A stretch of 64,000 nt of DNA from Balanoglossus misakiensis (lineage: Eukaryota; Animalia; Hemichordata). Shown here in pieces: positions 38,101 to 53,583 of the stretch. The DNA lies in NCBI GenBank assembly GCA_040954595.2, contig CM082581.2:8293413-8357412 (forward strand), read 5' to 3'. The notes beneath the pieces are model-generated. The model saw nothing but the letters and a program-made list of their open reading frames with translations, ran no database searches and was not told the DNA's origin. Made by a program: the position numbers and the translations under genes. Numbering within the stretch: the first letter of the stretch is position 1; every line of letters starts with the position of its first letter.

Positions 38101-41100
38101 TTATATCTGCAATGGTGGCTCGATTGCTTTTCTTTGCGTGAATAGACACGCGAATGGACACACGTCGAATCGGGACTAGAATATCTGGATCTGCAGACCA
38201 ACTCGGGTGGAAGGAGCAGCCTACTTACTTTCTGTAAGCGACACCGAGAATATCACCCTGGAACGAGATGTTGGCAATCCACAATGAAAATGTCAACTCT
38301 GTCAGATATTTGATCAACAGCTAGGAGATCACCAAGTCACAAACACAAATCACAATCACAAACATTTGAACTTGTGATAATGGTATGCCCGAGTGCCAAA
38401 CACTTCGTCCCCTTAGCTCTACCCATGAAACTTAATTTACTTTCCTCGGTTTGGAAGGCATGCGAACTTGACGCCAAATGTAATTTGCCTGACTCCACGG
38501 CTGACAACTTGCGGATTTCAATCTCCGATGCAATTTATGCACGCGCCTCTCCTGGATACAGCTGTCTTCCAACGGGGGCATAGCTCAGGTTTTAATCGGA
38601 GAATACACAGAATTGAGGAAAGTTTCGCTTCGGTTGACATTCAATCTAGTCCGCGTCTCGCGCGGACGCAGTGACGCAAGAAAAAGAGAGAAATCGTTAC
38701 TAATCATCGTTGGATGTTAGAGTATCCATCCATACCTGAGCGACCTGCGATAAATTAAACCAAATGTGAACACGTCAACATGGTGATTGTGTATTAACTT
38801 AAAAACGCAATGATAAAAGGCCAAATATCACAGCACGGGGTCGGATATATCAATGCTGTGAAACGGATAGATAAAAAGAGTCATTTTATTTTCATTTCAG
38901 ATTTAATCGCTTTCTGGGTTTGTGTTACGCGCCTTGAAGATTTTCCAATTACAGATGGAATTTACGGGACGCGTAACGGTAGAATTTGGTGGACAGGTCC
39001 ATTACACTAACTTGAAGCTCGACTGACCGCGCCTTTTTTTGGAATGTCATTCAGACTCCAAGTCTCGTCGTGCACTTCACTGTAGGTGATCTGACCGAGT
39101 TAATGACGTGCACAAGTGACAGGCCAGCTAGAGTACACAAGCATAATTCGGCTGGCGGAGTCGCCACCGTGTGCGAACAAACTTCTGATCCAATCTCGTC
39201 TTTTGAAATTGACCGTGATGCCGTGAAATCGACGAGCAGCTTGTCACGACTGTTGAGAACTGCTGCCATCGATGATTTAGGAGTCACTCCGGAATAAGAG
39301 TTCCGCCGATCCATGTAGTCCCGTGTCATGATAATGACATTTTTACGGTCGGGAACAATTACGGAATAAATTACGGCAATTCTGTAGGCAAATGGTAATG
39401 GCATACCTTCAGCCTTAATAAATATAACGAAATTCAATTTCACTACACATCAACGGAACCACTATCGCCTATGATTTCAGTATGGGGCAATCAAAGGTTC
39501 ATTTTAAGAGTGCCTTGCAGTTGATTAGGCTGTTTTGTCGTTTATTATAATAACGATATATTTAACAAATTGTAAAACAAATACAATTAGGATTTATTAA
39601 GATAATTAAGATCGATCGATTATGTAAGAATTTTCATTTGATTTCAGAATAACGAGTTGTCCCAATTCTCATCTTCCTTTCTTGTTGACAAAGGTCGGGC
39701 GCAAGAAAGATGACTTAACGCATGCCCTGAGAAAAAATCAAATCCCAACATCAATTTTGACAGGTGGTTGGTGAAATGAGCTAACATACTCGGATCTAGT
39801 CATCTGGTCAAAAAGATAAGAAAAGAAAATGAAGACACGTTTGAAAAGATTAAGTAAAGATATACAACGGCCATTCATTTCATGTTGTCGTCAGCTTTTG
39901 TTAAATCACGCGGTTTATCCAGCGGGGATTTGTAGGACGGGGAAGGAGATTGAACACGATTACAAACTTGCAAATTCTCAACCCAATCTCAAAGTCTGAG
40001 ACCTAATGCTAGTTGACATACTACAATAAAACAGAAATATAGTCACGAGTTTGATGTTCTTAAAGAAGCTTTTAAAGCAAGATCACTGCAATTGACGCCG
40101 CGCGGGAAAATATATGCCTGCTACCGTCAAAGTTGTCTCTCTGCGCTTTACTTGACTTTACACTCTCAAATCATGCGAGATTTTTGAGGTTTTGAGTGCA
40201 AACCGGTCACAGGGACATTCATTTAGATCCCATTGTTAGTGTTCCGCGACACAGAAAGCATTCGCTTACCGTTCAAAAGACATTCTCTCTGGGGAATAGT
40301 ATGTGCGCTGTCTGGGCGAAAAATACACCAATGTCAACGACTTATATCGCAATTTTGACCTTAAACATAATCCAACAGAAAAACAGGAAAGAAATACGGC
40401 GGACGTCCAGTGATTTCTTATGCTGTCACAATTTTTAATGGGGGAGATTTCTCATCTGCAATTAAATGTCCGTTGTACTTTAAATGGTTCTGATTAACGA
40501 GACGAGAAACGGAAATTCATTATTGCCACATACAGTCGGGCATCAGCGCGCAAATATAAGTCAATTACGTGGTCGGTGATGACATCATTGTTTTTGAGCG
40601 CCTGGTTCCAAAGTCACGTGACGACATCATTGATTTACAGCGCCTAATTACATAGACACTTTGCTTTGTATCAATGTGGGGACAGTCGGGGAGTAAAGGT
40701 ATTACAGACAGTCATGCATAGATGTCTTTACTTTGTACTTAAAGGAGTGATAGTTTTGCCCGGGGGTAACTTAGGTGATAGGTTTTTTGGCGGGTGTGGC
40801 TGATTTTCAAGGACCCTGATAGTTAACCTGTCAAAAGCCTTCCCCTTCTCCGTAATTTTAGGAACAGGGCTTCAATTTTCCCTGAGCATGCCATCACCAT
40901 TTATTTCTTGCCGACGACACGCGCAGCGAGCTCGTTATATAGTTAATCTTCTTGCCACGGGCCGAACTGTGACCATTTGACGTGTGCCCGTAAACACATT
41001 CCGTTGGCCTGGAACGCCAGACGAATTATAACTGACAGATGTAGCAGGTTGTCTAACTGCGCTAACGAACGGCCGATAGTCAGAACTGTCAACCTTCGAA

Positions 41101-44100
41101 TTCCAAGCCTATCCCATGATCCCTTAAGTTAGACAACGTGCCGACAGCGAAATCTTGAGAAAAAACCACTGGCAGGAAGTCAAACTATTGCGATTGGTAA
41201 TTTGCAAACATCGGCCCTAACACAGTGCCCGGCATAATTACGACAGAATTTTCGCGAAAATGCCTCCCCAAAATACAACTGTATTACCGGAATCAACGAC
41301 ATCGTGCCTATAGGGGGTGGGTGCTGATGCAACAGGACCGGGATCCTTCATACCTCACGACTGCGTTTTGTCTCTGCGTTTCTTTGTAATTATTCATAAG
41401 GGACCGTTCAAATTTTATGGCAAGGGGGGCGGCAAATTTTAAGTTATATCACACTGGTGTCACTAACGTGCAGGAGTGAAAGAGAAATGCCCGGTTTAAC
41501 CCTCATTACGGCATGCTGACAACAGCATAGATGATGCTGGTATTAATCTCCGTCATCGGTTTAGTATCCCCGGGGTTTTTTTGCCCGATCTACCAACAAG
41601 GGAAATCGAGTACCATCGCAATTACAAACGGATTATTCAACTGCAATATCACACTTTTTATTCCACTTACAAATGAAAACAGATCGCTCAGCAGAGACAC
41701 GCGCGGAAAGTTGCTGTTAATACAGGACCCACCGGAGTGGTCGGTGATTGAGTGCATAGAGCGAGCACGACGTGTATCTCTCGTCTGGACTGATTGGGTT
41801 TTGCGGTCGATCAGTGTTGATACCGTGAGTTCTAGAAAACATAGTGTCATCGAACATTCTTCCCGATGCATCCCATCATGCAGTTCGCGATAGCGCTGCA
41901 GACGACAGCTTGCTGACAGTTGGAAGAGGAACTGTTCTTACAAGTTGCCAGGGAAAATCGTCCATTGCCATGGCGATTATTTCACCAACGGAACAAAACA
42001 ATAGCGTACATCTGTGTCTGCCCCCGTTACAAACTACATTGTACAATGTAGAGCTCATAGCCAAGTCGGAGCATGTCCCCAGTGAACGCGCCCGAGTTCA
42101 AAAAGGCTCGTAACGTTTAAGGAAGCGATAACTTCAAAATTGGCCGAGTCCTAGATCTCTGCACATTCCTGTCAACTGGTGAAACTATCGACGGCTCTCC
42201 GCAAGACCGTGTGTTCGCCACACACATTTTCACTGAGAGATTTCAATTTATGACAACGTAATTAAACTAACGGAGTAGATACACTTTCAATCTCCGTCGT
42301 GGAAACATAAGCTCGAGGCAATTACGGAACGTTCTGACCTGACCCGAAACGCCCTTTGGGGGAACATTCGCTCAAAGGGGAGAAATGTGATAACAGACGT
42401 TTCTCATTCGCCGGTCGGGTATTGATAGGTTCGATGGAGAAGATCTCCACCGGGAATATATTGAGACGTGTTGTACCAAAGCACCGTGTCAAAACGTTAA
42501 ATCTAACAAATACATTCACCAATATGGCAAATAAAACAGCCTGCGATCAATCTAGTGCTCACTCTTGCGGCATCCGCAAGCACCGTGTAGTCTGCTGGGC
42601 TCAGAAAATGTGGAGCGGGAAAGGTCAAAACAGTGATTCTTAGAACAACTGTTGGTAATCTCCACAACAGTAAAGCGATGTGAAATATCACTCCAGTAAC
42701 TAAGCATTATCCACTTTATAGAGCCGCATGCCACAGCGAGAGGTTCGCCCTACACGTTTAAGTATGATGTCCACTTACATGGCTGAGTGGATGTACATTT
42801 GTACACTTGAAATCCTCCCAGAGCAAAAAATGCCAACCATTCAAATTGTACGCGTCTGCACGCCATGTAAGTGACATAGACAGTAAATTTAGTAAAATCG
42901 ATTCCTTTTTATCCTTTTTAAAGGAAGATCCATGGAAATAATATTGACTGATACAATTATACTTTCTTGCGATGTATTTGTTTGAGGGTAAAAATAAGTC
43001 CACACACGTACCCATGGGATGAAATGCGTCAAAAACAGCTGTCTACTCGATAATTCATGAAGTCGTGCCCACAGCCTAATAATTACACTGGTACTGATTT
43101 GTACGCTTTAGTACAAACTTCTAAAAGCGAAAATTTTAAGTCCTCAATGCAACTTATATGATATTGGCTACTTCACATTGTTCACTCTAAATGTAAGCTT
43201 TAAATATTTTCAGTCGTTACTTTCAGGAATCCTTTCAAGTTTCAGTAGCTGTTTATGTCCTCATCGTTGATTAGTTTATTGCACTCAACAAAATATTCGT
43301 TTCTTCATGCTATCAAACTCGTTTGCAGGAAGTGTTCACGTATTAATATCATTATGCTATCTGCAACCTTAAACGTAGCAAAGATTTGAGCGATATGGAG
43401 AACTTGACCGAATTACCGCGTAGGGACACATATGTTACTAACAAATTACTACGCGCAGTTTGACTTCACGGGTTTGTAGTGCGCTAATTTGTGGCGGGCG
43501 AAAAAAATGACACCGGATAAATTTAAGTGGAATGCCCTGGATATGTTCGCAGCCAATGCTGATAAATTACTGGGCTCGGCGTGGTGCCGATGTCAGGCTG
43601 TCATCTGTGTGTACTTCTACTTAAGAACAATTGATTGATGGTATTGTATACTGCAGAATGCTGATGGCAAATGTCTTTCCCCCACTGGATTGTCTGACAC
43701 ATGCGCAGCGGGCCCCTCGATTGGCGCATTCCTGCTACAATATCCAATGGCAGCGTTACATCTGTAATAACCTTCTGTTGGATGACAGACTGTGGACCAG
43801 GTAACGAGACAGTTATCGGAGAAGCCCTACAAGTTCGCCCGTCATCGGGCTGGTATTTAAACGAGAAGGGGCATCGCGAGGACTGTGTTTGATATCTACT
43901 GAGACAAACGTCACCCACCATTTCTTTACTTTCTTAAACAGCAATTAGATGGAACTAGAAGACGCATTACTTCTTCAGATTCTTTATAGTTTGAGATAAT
44001 TGTCCCGAGTTGCGGACATGTGACCGATTTACCGATGAGGTTAAATGTTTCGGCCGTAAAAAGTCGTCCCGTGTGTTTTGAGCAAATTCCGCGATGATCT

Positions 44101-47100
44101 TGGTCAGGTGTAAACATACAGTTTCCATGGAAACGAGTGGCGTCACGCGAAACACGAACAGGTTATTTGTCTGTCACCAGACGCCATAAAGCGGAATAGC
44201 TGTCGATGCAGAGGCGTTCAAACACGAATAGATTTAAGGGCACACCTGTTAACGTGACTGTTCTGTTAAACAGGTGAGCGCTCCCGTTTTAGTTCACACG
44301 GGATTGTAGGAAATGTCGCACAACAGAGCGACAGAGGGGCTGTGCACTTTTATTGTGACGTAACGGTTCTTAGCCGCAAGTCCCTCGACGCTGACAAGTC
44401 TTCAGTTTAATAAAAAATTAAGTGAAACATCTATCTTCACAAAACCGCAAACATCATTTGAGACGAAATTATAACACATTAAATACCGCGACGCGTTTCA
44501 CTGGCACGTCCCACGTGTGATTATAATAAGCCATCAACGATTTCGGGGAAAGAGTTGCTTTTAAACTAATTTTAATCGATATGTGAGAAATTAGGAGGAG
44601 AATCTGAATCCAGATTACAAACTAGTCCTACCTACGATGAACAATTATATAAGCTGATTATTCTGTCGCGACTTTTAAAACACAAATGAAGAACGCGCTC
44701 TGTTTTCCATCCCCTAGCAACACTAGGTGTTTGGTAAAAGCCGAAACAGCTGTGTAAAAAGGTAAATTTGAAGTGAAATAACTTTTCCCCCGTCGGCTGT
44801 AAGCATAAGTTCTTATCATTGAACGAGCCGACAGTTTTATTGCTTTATGGGGACAGTAAATTGGATATTTGTGGTAACTATTGTGTTAAAAACAAATATG
44901 TATCATGAAATCTGTGCTATGATGGTGTCAATAAAGCCAAAGAATGCCCTTGAGAGGGATGTAAGCACCGTGCAGGGTGTTGCGTTGCTATACGATTTCC
45001 CCTGTTAAAGTCATTGCGTAAACCTCTTGCTTTTGCACAGGTGGGCATTTATGTGAGCGTCTAGCCGTGTACAGTGCAGTAAACGACAGAACACGATTTA
45101 CAAAATCATATAATGCATTGTTATAAAACTCGTTTTCCTTCCGCTGTTTTTATTGAATCTGATTGTACCTTTGAGATGAACGCCCGTGTCAGCTTGGATC
45201 GATACAGCGTGAAATTTGTATACAGTGGGCGAGAATACAAAACTAAAGGAGGGGGTGTAATGAACCGGGGTGTACGCATTGATTTCCCGCGAAAAAATAG
45301 CTTAAGTCTTTGAACATGATTCTGCTAGATCGATGTAAGTTATCGTTTGCGAGTTCGGGTGATAGCGGAGAGTGTTGGCGATTCTGAAGTAACACATTCA
45401 CTCAGAAAGTACAGCTGAAACGTCAAGCTCGCCTCTCAGGCTGAGTATATCCAAAACTGTCCTCATAGCTCATTGTTGTCATGGAAACCTCGCCCAAACA
45501 TAATCTGGGGTTAGAAGTGTCACTTTGCAGTCGTCGCTTTCAGAACAAAATCTAGATGTCAACTACTCGACGTGGAACCGTTAATGCCATCATCCGTCGA
45601 ACGTTTCAAGTTTCAAGCGACAGAACTGATTTATAAGCGTGTGTCCTTACTAAAAATCAGATATTGCAATGCGGGACAGGTGTAAAATATGCGACGTCTT
45701 CCCTGAAAACATAAACTACACGACCCCGAGAGCTCAGACGCCATTATAACGTAAAATATTTCACATTTTCCCTCATTGATTAGAAACACGGGAACGTCAA
45801 GTCAGACTTCCATAAAACGTATTATGGTTGTAAAAATGGGGGCTAAAAGACGAATCTAATTAAAAAACAACATAAAATGAAGTTTTACTCCTCCCATAGG
45901 AAACCTTCACATCCTTTTTAATTTGAGAACCAACTAAATGATCAAATCACGGCGCGAGTAAAATAGAATGTATGTATCAAATTTGTTCACCCTGGTCATA
46001 ACAATAATTTCTGGTAACAACACCGAGAAGCAGTGTGGGATGAGGTGGGGTGGGGTAGGGATGGGGTATGAAGGGAGACTATCCATATCGATATAAAATC
46101 CGATAATCAGTTCTACTGATCTGTAATTTTCGGCGTACCATCGGAACACTTTCCGAAATGAACACTCTCTCGACTGATTAAATTTTTGTAGACCATTTAT
46201 CACACTCGCCGCCAGAGTAGAGTCACTGGACCAGGCCAAATTAAGCTTTCTCTGTTTTTACGAAGGGCTGGCCCCCGCCAGCTGACTGATCTGCGTCTTG
46301 CCTCTATTAGATCCGTTCGGGGGGAGTCTTGTTCCGCGGTTAATGAGAAAGATTGCGGGAAGAGATAGCGAACAGAGTACCATGTCCGACTGCTGAATTC
46401 TGCTAATATGAAGAAAGTGCTTTTTACGCTCAGTGCCATCTATTTCAACCGCGGACGGTAAAAAGAACTCGATTCCCCGGTACTTGTGGTGAAAGTGAAG
46501 TTGCCGCCAAGTGGAAATCGCACTCCGTGGCGAACAGGTTCATCAAAGTTTGGGGTTACTGGAGGTCATTGAAGTGAAGGCGGCACTAAAATTTAAAGGC
46601 CAGGGCTATAGCCCGCAACGGCTTTTGAAAATTCATATTATATTTCGCATCCTTGAATGCAAGCTGGGAATACTGCACAAACCAACCATTAGACTTTAAC
46701 GTTCACAAACGTTTAATGCCATGATTTACCGACGCTGGGTCCAATCCGGACATAATCCAATGATGGCAATTTGCAAACGCACTCGTGGGAAACGTTTCTC
46801 CGCGGCTTGGCAGAACACTCTAGAATTTGATATACTCTGCACACCGCTACCCGAGATTTCTCTGTGTCGGTATCTCGCCGTCGCACAAATACGAATTTCA
46901 GCGGATCAGTTTTTGTCCGCCACGTGACAAAATTTGTTTGGGTGTCACCTAATTATTCTTACCCACGGGAATTGTAGGACTTGCTTATAATTACATTCTG
47001 GGTGGGGTAATGTCCATCTAGCTATTTACATGTATTACCAAGTCAGCTGCACATCTGTTACCATACAAATTACGGCATGTGGCAGGGATTTAAATTTGCA

Positions 47101-50100
47101 TAAATTAGCCTAGTATCATGGCTAATTGGTTATCGACATAATGAATATAATTACAATCCTAATTGCTTACACTAAATATGCGCTCCTTCTGTTTGCATAC
47201 GCTTCGTGGCAAATGCGGTGGCACCATGTGTTAATGATTGTCAAATAATTAACGGTTATTGTTGACTCGCACGGATTGCAAGAGAGTTAATACTGTACAC
47301 GTTCTCATTAAAATGGTTTGATTTTTGCTTGTTATTAAATTTAACGAACGATCGCCGCCAAAAAATTGAATCTACAACGCTAACATGAGCCGCGGCTGAA
47401 AACGAAGCAATTAAGCGGTCTGCCTCCTTCAAGTTCAGCATTTTCATCGATTTACCTGAACACTAATGTCAATGTGTTCCCCCTTTCTACTTTTTGTAAA
47501 TTTAATTTCAGGCAGATAATTTCCATGTTGTCCACAACAACCTGTCTTATCTCAGATGTTTATGTTGCCCCACCCTTCAGCATAATTGCCACGCCACAAG
47601 GAATTATCGGCGAGCTGAAGTGATTTCTGATCGGGGCCCCCACGAAAACACTTCTGCCTCGACAACATGTACAAAGTACACGAGAATGGTGATACCTAAT
47701 TGGAATTTGTCGTTTTCTGCACACAACCTTCAAGTTTAAGGTGACCTCGACTTGTTATCCGCGCCTTATCTGGAGAGCAATGTCAGAAAGGTTCTGATTG
47801 TGACCGATCGATAAAAAACCGGGAAGCGTTTTCGTAAAACGGTAAACAGAATGAGGCTAAAGATTGCCTCTTTGCCGTGTTTCCTTAAGGAACGGCAAAC
47901 ATTTTGCCATAAAAAATTTAGTATTCATACATTGTTATGCAAAATTGCCCACCCCAACATTCCACCACCTGTGTACATGCATATCCCCGTCTTCTCCCTG
48001 CGTGTTCGCCAGTTTAGTCTCCTGATAGTGAATCCAGTGACTCACGAATAAACGTTATTAGAGATTATATCGCCTGCTTTTTCTCCAGCTACCCTTACTT
48101 AACATACACACACACATACATGTACATACATACCGTGCACACACATACAATAACATACCTGAGACAAGCAGAACAACAGCAAATAGGACAAACGCAAGAA
48201 TTCGTGCGATTCTCTTCATGACGTCTTTCGCAACTTACACAACAATGGCTTCGGTGGTGTGTTTTCACGTCACGACTTGCGGCTAGCTTTCTCCAGTATT
48301 GTCCGTTTGGTATATTTGTAAGTCACACGCTCATGGAAAAGGGTACTTTTTTTCCTAAATCGCAGATGTAATATTCAAACCATCGGTAATGTGAATTTCC
48401 GTGTGCAGGTTCCCTGTTATCAGGCGGTGCGTGGATTACGGCCGGTGATGTTCTTTGGAAGCGACGTTTCTGCGTGTTCCATACTCTGACCAATATATAT
48501 CGAGAGAAAAAAAACACACACGAGAAATCCTCCAAGAGAGTGATAGGTTATAGCGGATTTTCTAATCAAACCAAATGGGCTGTAAGCAATGTACTCGTTG
48601 AACACAGACCGCTTGAAGTTGGTTGTGGCCCAGGTTACATCCACACCTCGACAAGTCGTGATCTTCCCGGCGAGATTTGAAACGATAGAATTTTTATATC
48701 GGCGATCTCAAATAGCCAGCATCGCGTTACTCCCCTCGAAATTGTTGTCATAACTTTCCTAAGTGGCAACTGTAAAAAAAGGCGGGAACGAATCATCGGA
48801 GGCTTGTCGGCTATCGGTGATCCAAGCAGCTGCGCAATTCCATCACCAGCGGACACTGAGCGGTGTAAATCCGTGGCTGCGTGAAAACGCTTCTGACTCG
48901 GAGATGCGTGCGTTGAGCAAAAAAATCACCCGAGTGAACAATGGTGGCGCGTTCTTCGATTCAGCAAATATGCATCAGTGCGCGAGTCCTCCACTAGACA
49001 TTCCCCGTCACGTTATACTGAGAGCTGAGTGCGGTGTATTCCCGTCACGTGCAACCGTGGCTAACGGCAGCGGAGACCAGCAGTCACCAAGACGAGGCTG
49101 GCAAATATGTCGCCAATCAGAGAGCCGCAGGACAAGGAGTGCGACAGGCGGCGCAGCCTGGCACGTGGTTCGAGAAAAAAAGGGGTAATTAGCGTATCAG
49201 CAAGTGTCGATCTGGCCTCAGCTGATGTGGCGGTATCCGAAGCGTTTTCAGTTATTTCTTTGAGCAACTCTCGTTTTCACTCTGCAAGAGAAAGGAGAGA
49301 CAAAGCGAGACTTGGGGGTATCCACTAACTCGTCAAACATTGCGGCGTTCACAAATGCTGACAAGATTCGTGATAAAAACTCCCTACCACTAAGTCGAGA
49401 TAAAAAAATAAATTCAGTCTACACATGGTTATTTGCCAAGATTATTTCGCTACAGCCCACACGCTAAAATATAAGACCAGTTTAACTCACATTATCGGCG
49501 TCTTATGAGTGAGATTAGTTTTATGATTCCATAAAATTTAAGACCACATAAAGTCTTGGCATTTCAGTGCCAAAGATTTATAAAAGTACTCTGGTACTTC
49601 AAAGGACGGTTTAATTTCTTAAAGCCTCCTGTCAACAGAATACAAACTTCCCAAACTCGCCATAAGTAGCGTCCTTGATGTATACATGGATCTAAGACGT
49701 TTATCATTGTCTATCAGAACCTGGTTTCGTCAAACCCATATTATTTCATATTTTAGCTAGGAAATTTGCGTTCGAAATACGATATTTTCGTTCTTTTCTT
49801 TCCTGATTTACCGATGGCACGGTTCATGACAGATTGGGTCGGTCATTCGGGAAAAATTTAAAATAAAAATAATTTTACCACTCCATTTAAATAATATTGA
49901 ATATTATTGCTTTGTAGCATGAATGGAATGAATTGAACATGACATGGTACCTGCTTATACCCGACTGGACCACAGAGGACGTTGTTCGACCACGAAATTA
50001 GGACCCGTCACCGACATACCCCCGTCAGAGGCAAAATACCAGAGTCTGTCGACATTCGACAGAGAAATTTAAGGGGCTACACTCAGATGTAACAAAAATT

Positions 50101-53100
50101 ATCGTAATCGCAGGCATTGAAGTGAACATTCAAGATAAACACAAAATGCACGCGTGCCTCACAGAAATGCAATCAGACTATGTCTCCATGAATTCGTAAT
50201 ATCGACACTATAGAGCTATCGCAGGAGACATTAATAATTGTCGTATTGCAGAAACGTGAGAAGTGTTTGCTCGTTTAATTCCTTGTCGTGATTAACAACC
50301 TCGGCAAGAGCCTTGACAGTTTTGATGTTTAACACCCCCATCTTCTGCCACCCGAGAAGAATTGACTTTTATTCCTCTCTTAATTTCACAAGAGTAATCG
50401 TAACGACAGTCCATTATTTCACTCTGCCTGGCAATGAATCAGAGTGACGATGATGCAAGCTGGGCAGGCAATATTTCTTTCCCTCGAAACTACATGTAGT
50501 CATTAAGAACAGGGGCTGCGTCGTTTCAATTCCGGATGACCACCGGACTGTGGTTGATCAGTTTAAATCATTACCGTTATAAATTGACCTGAACCGAACT
50601 GCTTCGATCTACAATGTGAATGACTGTGAATAGAGCTTTCTTTACAATGCAAGACGAACATGCGTTCTAACTAAGAAACGCTGAATAATAATGCATATGG
50701 ATACAGAAACACACGCACAAATAATGTGTGTTAGCTTGGCTATACATGTATGGCACCATTCTGTCTCGTTTCTGTGCCAAAATCGGACGATCGGTGCACA
50801 CTTTTGAAGCAAGAGTCTGATGTTGATCGACGAGAGCAATGGGGAATAAAGGAAAACACGCCTGTAAAAGTCAACACTTATTTGCAGAGGCATTTTTTGC
50901 ACATGAACGGTTCAATACTGACATTTCCGTTTTGCTTTCACGGCGAAAGGAAGAAAGAAAGACAGACGGATGAATGACTCGAACACTGAGTTCAAATTGA
51001 CTGTTTGTTTAAAACTCTGTTTGTACTTTCTTTGCTCTCGGTTGTACTTGAAGCGAATGAAATTGCATCACTCATGCGTGACCGAATTTGTTATTTGCTG
51101 GTATGATGAGCGCAACGCGCACGTCCTTTTTTGTGGTGCCACCCGGCCAAATAAGATTCGGTTGACATGGCGCTGGATTATCAGCTGACCCCCTTTTAAC
51201 CAATCAGTTACGCGTGTCGCGGTGGTGAGGCTCTCATACAGCTGACGTAACGTCTTTCTGACATTAAGTGAACTCAGGGTCTCGTGAGATCTCGCAGTGA
51301 GCAGAACAAATCATCTTTTACAGTTCGATGGGCATCGTCGACCTCTGTAGGGAGACACTGAGACACATGCATCAGTTTAAAATTTTGTCTTCGGCAACCC
51401 TTTGAGCAAGATGACTCGATCACAGACATAGATCTAACTGGTGACAGTTACTTAATTGTCTCTCGTTTCAGGGATCTAGACAATTCTTGCATGACTTGTG
51501 AAGCGCAATCCCCTCCTGACAAAGTCTTTTGTCACCGCGGTGTATTCCGATCGAATAATGTCCGAATGACTGATTACATGTAACTCCTTATCTATTGATG
51601 CTAGTTTGTAATATGATAGAAGAGAACGGCTAGAGTTTTCTTTGGCGCGCTTCACAGTCAGAAGTCGATACCAAGAAAAATGACATGGAAAGAATTTTAA
51701 CGGTATTGATGTTGGCGAAGGACATATGGACGTATATTCAAATGTAAAAATACAAACAAATTTGATCAAGGATACCTTGCTCTGTAACTCATGATAAACG
51801 TGACTGCTTTCCATCATGCTACAGTTTCGTGATGTTTTTCGCAAACCGCTTCGACTCGAGTGCATTAGGTGAAACAGAAAAACACACTCATCATTCTACA
51901 TTCTGTTGTCATCCAAAGTCTTTACGTGTAATGGACTGAACTCTACAGCACCTATAGAACACACACACAAACTACGTAGCACACGCGTTGATTGTGTGTC
52001 GCTCTTTCGACCCCTGTCACTTTGAAGTTAATTCGCACTGATGTGTTTTTTGGCCATTCTCGCGAAAGCGTATCGAGCCGCGACGTCAGCTTTGAATAGA
52101 CGGCCACAATTAGACGTGTCCTGTTTATGCATAATTGAACTGCATTCACTTTCAGCCATGAATCATTACCGACCGTTGAAAAAACACAACGACAAATTTA
52201 ATTTAATAAGAGTACTCGTACCATCAGCACCTGTTACCGCGACCAGCGACTGTCACGCTCATGTGTCTACATTTTCGTACCCGAAGCCGCAGATGAATCA
52301 AACATGTACCTTGACCTAGATATCCGACGAACCGTTATGACGTCATAATTTTCATGCAAAAATCTAAGTGAAATATTTGGTCTTTTTTAATTTATGATTT
52401 GACTCAGCTTTATCAAAAAGACTTTCCCGCTCATATCAACTCAAAATGAAACACTACCAAGATGCTCATAATTTGTTTCGAATCACGGCAAAATCTGCTG
52501 TCAGTACTTTCGTTGAACTCTTACGCAAGCTTAATCGTGCCTCCCGAAGTACATGACTTGTATAATATGGGAAGCAATTTACAGCGCTTAATTTTCCGTC
52601 TTAAGTAATGCTCGCTCATCCCCCTGTCAAAGTTCACATTCGACGGCGTGATTATCCGGAACGAGCTTTATATCCAGCGCGATCCATCTTCGTGGAAGTC
52701 AATAAATCAACCGCCAGCAACCTGAAACCGGCTTAAGGTACGTCTTAAAAAGTAAAGTGAAGTTTCTACGATGAACTTTGACCTGTCAGGCACTGCGTTT
52801 CGATAGAAACTGGTGACCAGCATTAAAAATCAAATGTGAAGCAAATGCACTTTTTGCCGGTAAACACGAGAGGTGACTCGACAATTCTCAGATGACAGGC
52901 GACGTCTTGACAGTGTGATTTTGTTTACAGCGTACACCGTACCAGCCCTGAGGGTTAACTCAACCGGAAACTCACCATCAAACCGGAAGCCGTTATTGTT
53001 TGCTTCAGAAGGAACTCGAGAGAGGTTAATTTGGGCACAACGTTTGTCGACGATAAATGCTGCATTATTTGAAAAATACTCAGGTACTACTCGCGACTTA

Positions 53101-53565
53101 GGAGAGAATGTTTTCTCAGCCCCTTCTTCCAGAAAGAGCGATGTCGACGTCACCTTGAAAAACAACAACCATGTTGTTTCGCCCGCTTCCTGTGACGTTT
53201 TCAATATCTAATTTGTGAAAGCGAACTCTGCCCTATCTTTCGTTGGTACGTAATAGAACCACGGCGATTTTCAAAAGAACTTCAACAACGACATAATTAT
53301 TCAATCAAGTCATGTAATTAACACTGTGACTTTGCCCAGGGCGCATATGTCTACATCTTCCCTATGAGTTTGCGCGATGCATCCTGGGAAAACCGACATT
53401 TCGTGCATGTGTACTTTTGTACGTATACTAGTATATATATAGTTGGTCAACGACTCTAACATTTTAACTAATAATTTTTTTAGTGTATTATTTGAAAACA
53501 GAAGTATAATGTTATGCATTTTACATGACTGAAGACTTTCTCGTTTGTTATGACGTACGATAAAT

Positions 53566-53583
53566 TGACGTCATTTGACGTCA
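53566..53583. promoter_or_regulatory. Two full CRE palindromes (TGACGTCA) 10 bp apart
   Basis: TGACGTCA at 53566 and 53576; half-site TGACG at 53551. Confidence 0.35.

Noticed and set aside
39051-53211. ORFs of 100-141 aa at 39051, 41531, 43601, 45934, 48763, 51476, 52830 and 52873
   Set aside because: No recognisable motifs or splice-consistent continuation; lengths are compatible with chance.
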